From: an uncultured Planctomycetaceae bacterium
GTDB lineage: Bacteria > Planctomycetota > Planctomycetia > Planctomycetales > Planctomycetaceae
Direction: 5' to 3'
DNA: 64,000 nucleotides
NCBI GenBank assembly: GCA_963813715.1
Contig: CAWFAK010000017.1
Span: forward strand, 192,001-256,000
In this document: in pieces, positions 21,433 to 31,800 of the stretch
Layout of the letters: the number at the start of each line of letters is the position of its first letter
How positions within the stretch are numbered: position 1 is the first letter of the stretch
Translations under genes and position numbers: made by a program
Notes under the pieces: model-generated
Seen by the model: the letters and a program-made list of their open reading frames with translations, nothing else
Told to the model about the DNA's origin: nothing
Database searches by the model: none

Positions 21433-22323
21433 ATGCGAGTTTTCCTCACGGGCGCTACAGGGTTTATCGGCTCTGCCATCGTTGGGGAACTCATCGGCGC
21501 GGGCCATCAGGTTCTGGGTCTTGCTCGCTCAGAGGCGGCCGCGAAGCAGCTGACTGCCGCTGGTGCCGAGCCGCATCGAGGTGATCTTCAAGACCTGGAC
21601 AGCCTGCGCAGCGGGGCCACTGCCTCGGATGGCGTCATTCACACAGGCTTCATCCACGACTTCTCGAGATTCAAGGAAGTCTGTGAGGTCGATGAGCGCG
21701 CCATTGAGGCCCTGGGCTCCGCGCTCGTTGGCTCTCACCGCCCGTTGATCGTCACTTCTGGGACCGCGCTGGTTTCGCCGGGTCGCCTTGCGACAGAAGA
21801 CATTCCGCCCGCGCCCAAAACCAGCGTTCCCCGTGCTTCCGAAGCCGCAGCAGCTGCGGTGGCGGCGCGCGGCGTGCGCGTGGCGGTGGTACGCCTTTCT
21901 CCTTCGGTTCATGGCGACGGTGATCACGGCTTCGTCCCAATTCTGATCAACATGGCCCGCGAAAAGGGCGTTTCCGCCTATGTCGGCGACGGATCAAATC
22001 GCTGGAACGCGGTGCACCGGCTCGATGCTGCCCGTCTTTTCAGGCTGGCTCTCGAGAAAGGGGCCGCAGGAGCGCGGTATCACGGAGTCGCCGAAGAGGG
22101 CGTGCCCTTCCGTGAGATCGCGGGCGTGATCGGCCGACGCTTGAAGCTGCCCGTCGTCGCCAAGTCACTCGAGGAGGCAGCCGGCCACTTTGGCTGGTTC
22201 GCGCATTTCGCCGCAATCGACTGCCCAGCCTCGAGTCAGCGAACTCGGGAATTGCTGGGGTGGGAGCCGACGAGGCCCGGACTGATTGCCGACCTCGACC
22301 GGCTCAAATATTTCGAGAATTGA
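21433..22323 (+). CDS. Extended/atypical SDR (NAD-dependent epimerase/dehydratase family)
   Basis: [37 protein letters not shown]. Confidence 0.9.
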   Translation: MRVFLTGATGFIGSAIVGELIGAGHQVLGLARSEAAAKQLTAAGAEPHRGDLQDLDSLRSGATASDGVIHTGFIHDFSRFKEVCEVDERAIEALGSALVGSHRPLIVTSGTALVSPGRLATEDIPPAPKTSVPRASEAAAAAVAARGVRVAVVRLSPSVHGDGDHGFVPILINMAREKGVSAYVGDGSNRWNAVHRLDAARLFRLALEKGAAGARYHGVAEEGVPFREIAGVIGRRLKLPVVAKSLEEAAGHFGWFAHFAAIDCPASSQRTRELLGWEPTRPGLIADLDRLKYFEN

Positions 22324-22334
22324 AGGAGAACAAT

Positions 22335-23057
22335 ATGCCGAAGGTGGCACTCGTCACGGGAGCGAATAAGGGCATCGGGTTTGAAGTCGCGCGACGGCTT
22401 GCCGGGAGCGGACTGACCGTCCTGCTGGGAGCACGCAACGCGGAGTTGGGACACGAAGCGGCGGCGAAGATGAAGCGCGAAAACCTCGATGCGCGGTTCG
22501 TGGAGCTCGATCTTCTCCGCCAAGAGACGATCGAAGCCGCATCCATCCTGATCGAGAAAGACTTCCAGCGTCTCGATATCCTAATCAACAATGCGGGGAT
22601 TGCTGACCCCTCGGACGGGTTGCCCAGCACCGCGAGCTTCGCCGCAGTGCGGCGCACGTTGGAGACCAATTTTCTGGGAACGTTGGCTGTCACGCAGGTC
22701 CTGCTGCCTCTTTTGAAAAAGGCCGAGGCCGGACGCATCGTGAACGTCTCCAGCAGCCTGGGTTCGTTGACGCATCAGGGCAATCCGGCATGGAGTTCTG
22801 CTTCGACCAAGTTCATCGGTTATAGCGCGTCAAAAGCAGCTCTCAACATGCTGACGGTGCACTTGGCCTATGAGCTTCGGGACACGGCCATCAAAGTGAA
22901 TTCGGCCAATCCCGGCTATACGGCCACGGACCTGAATCAGCATCGCGGACACCAAACGGTTGCGGAGGGCGCCGAAGAAATCCTTCGGTTGGCGCTGCTG
23001 CCGGTCGACGGGCCCACCGGCGGCTTCTTTGAAAAATCCGGCGCGGAGCCCTGGTGA
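22335..23057 (+). CDS. Classical SDR, carbonyl reductase-like
   Basis: VTGANKGIG, INNAGI, YSASK, NSANPGYTATDL; GAAGGAG RBS. Confidence 0.92.
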   Translation: MPKVALVTGANKGIGFEVARRLAGSGLTVLLGARNAELGHEAAAKMKRENLDARFVELDLLRQETIEAASILIEKDFQRLDILINNAGIADPSDGLPSTASFAAVRRTLETNFLGTLAVTQVLLPLLKKAEAGRIVNVSSSLGSLTHQGNPAWSSASTKFIGYSASKAALNMLTVHLAYELRDTAIKVNSANPGYTATDLNQHRGHQTVAEGAEEILRLALLPVDGPTGGFFEKSGAEPW

Positions 23058-23077
23058 TAGCATGTCTAGAGGTCTAA

Positions 23078-23706
23078 ATGTCCCCCGCTGACACCCCGCT
23101 GACCCTCGATCGGATCGTCTCTGCTGCGGAGGATGTCCTCCGCCGGTTCGGCCCGGCCAAGGCGACCGTGGTCGACGTCGCCCGGGCATCGGCGTGAGCC
23201 ACGCGGCCGTCTATCGGCACGTGGCGACCAAGGCCGCGCTGCGAGACCTCGTCGTCGGCCGGTGGGCGGAGGCGACCATGCCCCCGCTCCGGGCCATCGC
23301 CGCCTCGAAGAGCCCTGCCCCGCAGCGATTGCGACAGCTTCTCGACGCCCTGATCGCCGTCAAACGCCGCCTCGTCGCTAACGACCCGGAGCTATTCGCC
23401 GCCTATCGGACGCTGGCCGCCGACGCCAAGTCCGTGGTCGACGCCCACGTCGACGAGTTGATCGCGCTGACGGCGATGGTGATCCGCTCCGGCGTGGAGG
23501 AAGGCACGTTCCACACCGTCGACCCGCTGGCCGCCGGCCGGGCAGTGCTGTTCGCTACGTCCCGGTTCCACCACCCGGCCCACGCCACCGAATGGGGCGA
23601 CCCGACCATCGATGCGGCGTACAACGACGTGTGGCAACTGCTGATGGACGGCCTGTGCGTTGCGAAGACGCGTGCGCGCTCGTCTCAGGTGCGGCGACCG
23701 CGTTGA
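23078..23706 (+). CDS. TetR family transcriptional regulator; frameshift near 23190
   Basis: LTLDRIVSAAEDVLRRFGPAKATVVDVARA / GVSHAAVYRHVATKAALRD HTH; C-terminal ATSRFHHP. Confidence 0.85.
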
Positions 23707-24085
23707 GATTATTCCCATTGTTCGCCCCCCCAGATGTTGCCCGCCGCGTCGATGTACACGTCGATCAGCATCTGAATGCCGCTCACCCTTGAATACTCAA
23801 TGGCGTCGGCGTTCAAGGAGTAGGTACAGGATCAGGCTGTCGTATGGCCGCTGAGGCATCGCGTTCGCGAATCGAACCGTTCCTGTCGTCGCGGCGAATT
23901 AAGCGGTCTCGCCGGCTGGTCTTTAACGACGAGCAACGCAAAGCACAGCAGCCGGGCCCGTCGCTCAAGTCTCCCTCTCGCACTCAGGGTCCAAATATTG
24001 CTCTCGTCGTTCCTCCGTTCCGGAACTGATGGACGGGTTTGGGTCTTCGTCTTATTCGCGAGGTGGATCTGCCGCAGAGTCGACA

Positions 24086-24200
24086 ATCCTCCCCCAAGGC
24101 AAACGCCGCCTCCCCGAAACCGCCGACCGCGTCGTGAAGCTCTACACGCCTGGGGCAAACCCGAAAAGCCGCCGAATGGCGGCAGAAGATCAGGGCTGTT
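24086..24200 (+). pseudogene. Relic of the C-terminus of a planctomycete TPR/Ser-Thr kinase gene
   Basis: Across two frameshifts it reads ILPQGKRRLPETADRVVKLY(x)AWGKPE(x)AAEWRQKI, a typical end of such proteins; no upstream body. Confidence 0.5.
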
Positions 24201-24411
24201 CCGAAGCCGCGGTGATGGGAGGACCAGAGTGGGCGTTGAGCCGAGTCAGAGAGATTAGGAATGCGTCCTCTTTCTTGGCATCGTAAGACGAGGCTTCCTG
24301 CACATTCGTTCGTCCGACCGACGTGCAAGATCGCCTTGGCTTTTCCCCCTCAACCACCTTAGGAGCATTGGCTAAAACGCGCATTTAGGGATACGATGGA
24401 GGGCTTGGAGA

Positions 24412-24882
24412 GTGGCGACTCAACGATTTCAGGAGGTCACCTTGGGCGGCGCTGAGACAAAGCCTCGCGACTATTTCCGACGGGACCAGAAGGGTGGAAT
24501 CTCTCCTCCCAATCTGGCGAACGATTGCACGTTCGCGGAGCATATTGTGCATGCTCGCGGCAAGCGAACCCAATATACGAGCGTTTCTTTGGATTTGAGC
24601 AAGATTCGCGATTTCGGGGATACCAACTATAAGCTGGAGAGAGAGTCGGCCATTAGCGACGGGCATGGCCTCGTCGAACATGAAACCTTGATCGCAGAAT
24701 TGCGAAGGGTCGCCAGAGAGGAAACGAAGGAAGCTCGGCTGAGAGCTGTTCAGGCCTTAAGATATGCCACCAGCCGAAGGGAAGGCCTTGTCAGTTGGTC
24801 GTTCAAGACCACAGGAGTAGCCCAAAAGGACCTCATCAGCTGGGCGGAGAAGATAATCCAAAAGTACTTTGCCCGGATATAG
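24412..24882 (+). CDS. Putative R-S-E clade ADP-ribosyltransferase-like protein
   Basis: YFR23RD, EH44, YTS57VS59 and RE124GLV in the order and spacing of cholera/pertussis/scabin-type ART cores; GGAGA RBS, GTG start; AT-richer than the flanks. Confidence 0.6.
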   Translation: MATQRFQEVTLGGAETKPRDYFRRDQKGGISPPNLANDCTFAEHIVHARGKRTQYTSVSLDLSKIRDFGDTNYKLERESAISDGHGLVEHETLIAELRRVAREETKEARLRAVQALRYATSRREGLVSWSFKTTGVAQKDLISWAEKIIQKYFARI

Positions 24883-24886
24883 ACCG

Positions 24887-25681
24887 ATGGACGAACTATT
24901 CAGTTGCCGTAATTGTATTCACAACTGCGGCCAAAGCCTCAACACCGGAAATGGCGCGGGCTATTGCCTAAAGCACAGTTCCGTCATTTCCCATCCCGAC
25001 AGGACTACGTGCAAGTATCTTCACAGGAAGGATCTCCCTCATTTTGTAGTTGATGAAGGAATCCGGGAGCATGCAGCGGAATACGCACTTTTTCCTCGAC
25101 TCGTGTCTCTCGACACGAAAGAGCCGATCGAGCGTATCGTTTATAGTGAAAAGTATTATTGGGAGAAAAGGGAGTTCGATCCGCTTACCCATGCTCTCGC
25201 ACAGTATTTTAAAGCAGAACGCAGATGGGTTGTGATCCAGGCTTTTACTGCAGGAGCTGATGGCCAACGGTCGCTTGCGCATGCCTCGCTTGTACGTCAT
25301 TACATGGATCACTGTGGCACTTGGACCAGTTCTTACAGGCTGGTCCTAGGATTGCTCGAAGAAATCGATGAAACTCCGGCTTTCACTCGCAGGGCTCTTT
25401 TCGTTTCCGATGGCTCCTCGGCCCAAGAGACAGCCGAGAACGCGCTGTGGGATGTAGTCTTTGTCAGGCTATCGGCCATCCAGGAATACGGGTGGCACGC
25501 TGGCTTGGAGACTCTCATGTGGGTCAGTGACGCTGTGAATGGTTCGCTCGTCGAGTTGAATTGGACCAGACTGCAAGGCGAACTGAGTAGCCTCCGTGAC
25601 AAGTGGATTGGTGAAGTCATAAGTCACGCCAAAGCACATGATGCATTCTTCCCCAAGCCGGAAATCGAAGAAGAGTACTGA
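24887..25681 (+). CDS. Unknown protein with an N-terminal Cys-rich metal-binding motif
   Basis: CRNC-x3-C-x12-C-x2-H-x11-C; starts 4 nt after the upstream stop; same AT-richer composition. Confidence 0.75.
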   Translation: MDELFSCRNCIHNCGQSLNTGNGAGYCLKHSSVISHPDRTTCKYLHRKDLPHFVVDEGIREHAAEYALFPRLVSLDTKEPIERIVYSEKYYWEKREFDPLTHALAQYFKAERRWVVIQAFTAGADGQRSLAHASLVRHYMDHCGTWTSSYRLVLGLLEEIDETPAFTRRALFVSDGSSAQETAENALWDVVFVRLSAIQEYGWHAGLETLMWVSDAVNGSLVELNWTRLQGELSSLRDKWIGEVISHAKAHDAFFPKPEIEEEY

Positions 25682-25993
25682 AGCCAGGCGTGCTGTCCGC
25701 GGGTCGCGCCAGCAAGAGGTTGCTCAATCGATCCAGCTCGCGGGCACACCGACCGGGCGGCGATACTCGTCGTGCCCGCCGTCCAGGGCCAGTCGGTCGT
25801 GCGAGTCAGAAGTCTCGTCGCGACGGGATTCAACCCCGCAAGAGTGCCGCCGCTGGTAGGGCTAATTGGCGCGGGGCTCATTGCACGCATCGTTGCCAAG
25901 GCGGCGGGTTCTCGACAACCCTCTTGCCGCTTCGCGGCCGAGACGACGAGTAGTCCCGGCCAGCCCGCTGCGTTTTCTGTCCTCTTAGATCGA

Positions 25994-26321
25994 TCCCGTC
26001 CCGAACTTCGAGTCCCGTCCCGCCGCGCGAGGGTTGCCCAGAGGCGAAAGCCCGCGTGGTGGGACCACTTTTGGCACTCCCCCTTATATCAATGCACGGA
26101 GTCCCGTCCCGCCGGGACCACTTTTCACGGTCCCGCCGGGACCACTTGTCCCACCGTTCCCGGCAGGTGGCTCGGTGTCCGCGCCACCTGTCCCGGGCAC
26201 CGGGGCACCAATGCCTCGTCGCCGGCTGCCGGGGATCTTTTCCCCCTCTTAGTGAAAACGGATCCCCATCACCGCCGGGGATCCAATTTTCGTCCCCGCC
26301 GGGACTCGATTCCCACGGGAC
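25994..26321. repeat. Tract of GGGAC/GTCCC iteron-like repeats around an AT-rich core
   Basis: GGGACCACTT at 26061, 26114 and 26138; GTCCCGCCGGGACCACTT at 26106 and 26130; TCCCGTCCCG at 25994, 26013 and 26102; CCCTTATATC at 26081. Confidence 0.8.
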
Positions 26322-26717
26322 AGATTTCCGCCCCTCCTCGCCGCCGTGCCAGACAGCCTCCGCACGAAATAAAAGGTCCGACAATCGGCAACGCGATTCA
26401 CCGGTGCGCACGGCGACGGTCCCTCTCCGCGCAGCACGACGGCTATCCCCAGCCTGCCGCAAAAACCGCCCGGTGCCAACCCCAAGTTTCTACGACCGTG
26501 TAAACAACTTTGAAACTTTTTCCGGCCGGCGAGGTCCGGCTTGTCGACTCTTCGGAGATGGAGAGACGACCATCCTACGTGCTCAAACTCGTCCTCCCGC
26601 CTTTTTCCCCCAACGTGAATTGCTAACGCGCTGGACGGTCAGCCGGTTCAGAACGCCAGGCGCTGTCGAACAAGCGCTGCGGACCGAAGACAAGCGCGGC
26701 TCACCCGGCATCGACGG

Positions 26718-28362
26718 CTACGTTAACGCCGCGCCTGGTGAGCCCTGCGCGGGTAGCGTGAAGCGGAAGACCGTGGATTCGGCCGGCGATGAATCGCACC
26801 AAAGGTTACCGCCGTGTGATTCAATGATCGAGCGGCTAATCGACAGGCCCAAGCCCAATCCGCCGGACTTGGTCGTGAAGAAGCGCTCGAAGATGCTGGG
26901 GAGATACTCGGCTGCAATCCCCGCGCCATTGTCAGCCACGGAAACTTCCAAGAACCCGGCGTCATTTACGTACGTCGAAACTAAAATCTTCGGAGATTCG
27001 CGGTCTGCCGCGGAGACCGCATCGATGGCATTCGAGAACAAATTCAACAAAACTTGTGTGATCCGCACTCGATCCGCCAGTGCTGGCGGGAGGTCCTTGT
27101 CAGGCCGAAGAATGACGGCCACGCGGTGCTCACGCCGCTCGAGACGCGTCAATTGCAGCGCGTCCATCACAATTGAGTTGAGGTCGACGGGCTGGCGTTC
27201 TGGTTCGCGACGGCGGATGAATTCGCGGACTCGGCGGACGACATCGGCAACACGCATCGCTTCTGTGGCGATTTCGCGAAGTCGGTCTTCCAGTGCGTCG
27301 GTCGTCAGCTCGCCCTGCTTCAGCCTGAGCAGGCTTCCGTTGGCGTTATTGGCAATCACTCCAACCGGCTGGTGAATTTCATGTGCCAGATCGGCGAGCA
27401 TTTCACCCATCACGCTCAGTCGGGAGGCATGTTCCAATTGAAGATTGACCTCGCGAACCTGCTCCTCCGCAGTCTTTCGCCCCGTGAGATCAATGACGAA
27501 CGTCACACACCGCCCGGACTCGCGTTCCAAAAGCGCTGAACCGATCAGGACGGGAATCCGCGTACCGTCCTTTCGAATGTATTCCTTCTCGACCGGCGGC
27601 GCGGTCCCCTCCCGAACCAACTGTTGCACAATCAATTCAGACGTGTGAGACCATTCCCGCGGCGTCATGTTGTCCCAGCGCAGCGGGAGATCCGAACGGG
27701 AATACCCTGTCATCTTCAGGAATTCCTCGTTGGCATCAAAGACCTTGCCGTAAATGTCGCTAAAGACGACTCCGATAATGTTGGCCTCAAACAGCCGGCG
27801 GAATCGCGTCTCGCTTCGACGCAGATCTGCTTCGATTTGCTTACGCTGCTCGATCTCCTGTTGGAGCCTCGTCACCGTCTGCGTTAATTCCTCGGCTCGC
27901 AACTCCACTTCTCGCGCCAATTCCGCCTGCTCGGCTTTGAGGCGCAGTTCGGCCTGCTTGCGTGTCGTGATGTCTTCGGCCAATTCGACAAAGCAAACCG
28001 CATGTCCTGCTCCATCGAAGGTCGGCGTGATCACAGAGCGCAACCAACGCGTTTCACCGGACGCGGTCCGGATTCGATATTCCAGCTCCGAACGGCCCTG
28101 GAATTCCCCGGATCGCCGTTTGGCCATCATCTCCAGAACCAATCGCAGGTCTTCTTCGTAAATTGGCTCCATCCAAGCGCGGGCTCTTGTCCGAGCCATC
28201 GCACGAGAACCCGGTCATTCGTTCATAGGCGGGGCTTACGTAGAGCACCTGAGTCAAGTCGGCGGCGACCAGAACGAGACTCTGATCCAACGACTCGGCA
28301 AGCTCTTGAAAGCGGGCCAGTTGGACACGTTTTGACGGACCTAGTTTATGGACCGGCGACAT
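26718..28362 (-). CDS. Cytoplasmic two-PAS sensor histidine kinase; frameshift near 28180
   Basis: LYVSPAYERMTG PAS start in ORF 28054..28743; EYRIRTASGETRW; H-box LAHEIHQP; DNGAGI; FFTTKSGGLGLGLSIS. Confidence 0.88.
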
Positions 28363-28836
28363 GCTCCGACCCCCGCTGCTCACTGCTCGAAATCGCCGCA
28401 TTTCCGCGGGATCGCCGCGAAGCAGCCGAAATTCCGGGCGAAAGCGCTGAGCGCGGACAAGATATTGAACAGGACTCAATGCAATTGAGCGGATCGACGT
28501 CACGGCGCGGTAAGCGCCATTTACGCGGTACAACTGTAAGAATTGTTCGCCGGCACACAGTTGAGCGGGTGTGCCAGGCGGTCGTAGATGACCGGGTCGG
28601 GCCGACTTTCCAGCTCCTCGTAGATTGTGGCGGCCAGTGTGCGCGGACGCAACAGCGTGGAAACGGGATAACCGCCGATCACTTGTCCCCAGCGCGCCGC
28701 GCGACTGAGGACTCCGTTCAACGGGCAATCGCAAGTGGCCCAATCAGGTCGGAAGACGGAGGACGGCTTTCAGAGCCACGCGGTCGACCATTGGGTCTCA
28801 GTCGGCCGAAGGTCGTTGTGAGACGACGACCGGAAT

Positions 28837-31800
28837 CTAAGGTTTCGCAACCTGTCGCGCGACCGGGGTCGTGATGATTCGGCATTGCGGAAGCGATTTG
28901 TTTAGCTCCGCAACACCGGCGGCCGTGAAATGGGTGTCGCTGAGGTCGAGTTCTTTGAGTCGTGTGAGCTGCGAGAGATACTTGGCGCCTTCGTCGGAGA
29001 CATGGCTCCTGGCCAAAGACAGTCGCTCCAGTTTCTTCAGTCCGTCGAGTTCCACCAGAAACAGCTCCGCGAGCGCCGGGCAGCCGAGCCGGAGTTCGGT
29101 GAGTTCCGTGAAATCCTGTAAGTGTGTGAGGCCCGGTCCGCGGATGGCGTCGCCATCCAGCACGAGTCTCCGCAGCGCGGTCAAGCTTTGCAGCTGCGGG
29201 ACGCTGGCATCCGTGATCCGCGTGTCCGCAAGGTTCAGCTCCTGTAACGTGACCAGCGGTTTGAGGCGCTCAACGTCGGCGTCCTCGATCGCGGTGCCAG
29301 ACAAGTCGATGGCAACCAGTGCACCGAGCTTCGAATTCACAATCGCAGACAACAATTCCTGGAGGGCCGGCCGCGACCCGGCCAAGCGGGCCCGGGTGAC
29401 CTGAAACGACTTAACGGGAAGTTCGCTGATCGCCTTGACGGAGCGCCTGGTCCCGTTCTCCTCAAGGCGAACATCGACGCCGCCACCAGCCTCCAAAACG
29501 GCGCGGGCCAAAGCATAGTTCGGCTCGGACCACGTGATGCGCAGGTTCGGTAGAGCGGCCTTGAGAATCTCGATTCCCCGAGCCGAGATGTGCGTGTCGC
29601 GGACGTCAATGGACCGCAAACCGCGGAGATGCAGGATTCGCCGTAGCGCTGCATCGCTCACGCGAGGCAGTCTCTGCAAGCTGAGTATTTGGAGGTTCCT
29701 CAAGCCCTGCAGCTCGGCAAGTCCGGCGTCCGTGACACGCGTCTCGCTGACGTCGAGTGAATACAACTGGGTCAGGCCCTTCAGGTACACGAGCCCCGCG
29801 TCGGTCACATGCGTTTGGTCCAGAAAGAGTTGTTGCAGATTCTTCAGCGTTTCGACGTTGATCAGCCCGGAATCGGTCACAGGCAGATGGCTCAAGCTCA
29901 GGTTTCGCAGCTTTTTGAGACTGCGGAGGTGCTCCAGGCCTGCGTCGGTCACATGCGTTTCGCGCAACCAGAGGCTATCCAGCTGCGGAAGCCCCTCCAG
30001 TTGCGCCAGCCCTGCATCCGTGATGTTCGTCCGAGTCAAGGAGAGCTCATGCAGGCTTTTCATCTGCCGGAGGTGCGCAAGCCCGGCATCAGTCACGGGA
30101 GTACCATAACCCAACCACAAGCTCTCGAGTTTCGTCAGACGCTGCAGCTGCTTCAACCCGGCATCAGAAACGCGCGTCGCTTCCAGGATTAGACTCCTGA
30201 GCTCGGGCAAACCCTCGAGGTAGGCAAGCCCTGCATCCGTGACCGCCGTGTTCTTGAGACTGAGAGTTCTTAGTGCCTTTAGGCCCGCAACGTGCGCCAG
30301 GCCGGCATCTGTCACGCGCGTGCGGTCAAGTATCAGGTTCGTCAGTCTCGTCAGACCGCGAAGGTGGGCGAGCCCCGAGTCGGTCGTCTCGGTACGGCTG
30401 AGCACCAGCTCTTCGAGATTTGTGAGGCCACCGAGTTGCTTCAGTTCGGGTCCGCGAACGACGGTGCCCTCCAATGCTAGACTACGGAGGCGGGTCAATC
30501 CCTTCAGGCGCAGCCAGTCGGCGTCGCCGATCACGGTGCCGGACAGATTTAGGGAAATTAAGCCATCCACTCCTGGACCGGAGAGAGCAGCAAATGCGGC
30601 CTCGAGCGGTGGCCGGCGCCGGCCAAGCTTGCGGCGGTGATCCGGAACGGCTCCGAGGGGAGCTCGGCGATCGCCTTGACCGAACGGTCCGACTTGGTTC
30701 CCTGCAGACGAATTTCGACCGTCCCACCGGCCGAGAGCACCGCTTTAGCGGCGGTGGTGTTCGGGTCGGACCAAGTGATGCGTACTGAATGCGGAAGAGC
30801 CGCCTTGAGGGCTGCGAATCCTTTTGTGGAAACGCGGGAGTCGGTCAGGTCGAGTTCCGCCAGATTTCCCAGATTCAGAATTCTTGGCACGATGGCGTCG
30901 TCGATCTGCGTCGCCCCCTTCAGGCTGAGAACGTGGAGGTTCTTCAGACCTTGAAGCTCGACTAGTCCGGCTTCTGTGACGCGCGTCTCGCCGAGGTAGA
31001 GGCGTCCCAAGCGCGTCAGTCCTTTCAGGTGTGCCAGCCCTGCGTCGGTCACGGGCAGCGAGGTCAGGTCCAGGATTCCCAACTTCGTGAGGCCGCTCAG
31101 ATGCACCATCCCCGCGTCGGTCACGCGGGTTCCCCGTAGCCACAGCCGATCAAGCTGCGGCAGACCTTGAAGTTGTTTGAGTCCGGCATCCGTGACGCGT
31201 GTCCATTCCAGCATGAGGACGTGCAGCTTCTTCAAAACTGGAAGAAGTTTCAGCCCCGCGTCGGTCACCTGAGTGCCGTTCAGCCGCAGCGACTCGAGTT
31301 GCGTCAGACCTTGAAGGTGCTTCAACCCGGCATCGGTCACCAATGTGTTCGTAAGATCGAGCGTGGTTAATGCCGTCAGACGCTGCAGGTGACTCAGGCC
31401 GGCGTCGGAGACTCGCGTTCCCTCGAGCGCAAGGCTCTTGAGCCTGGTTAGACCCTCGAGGTGCTTAAGCCCCGCGTCGGTCACACCCGTGTTCTTGAGA
31501 GTTAGAGTTTTCAAGGCAGTGAGGCCCGAAATTTGCGCCAGTCCCACGTCTGTCAAATGCGCCCGGTCGAACGCGAGGCCGGACAAATCCAGAGAGACCA
31601 AGCCGTCCACTCCCGGATCGGTCAGCGCAGCAAAGATCGGCTCGAGCGGGGGCCGTGCGCTTGCCAGGCTGACGGAGGTGATCCGGAACTGCGCGGAAGG
31701 CAATTCGCCGATCGTCTTGATCGAGCGGTCCGCCGCGGCTCCCTGCAGGCGAATCTCGACCGTACCGCCGGCCGAGAGCACCGCTTTGGCCGCAGTGGTG

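Noticed and set aside
25772..27375. ORFs 25772..26503, 25878..26462 and 26056..27375 as genes
   Set aside because: Low-complexity Pro/Arg translations of the repeat tract, or antisense to the histidine kinase
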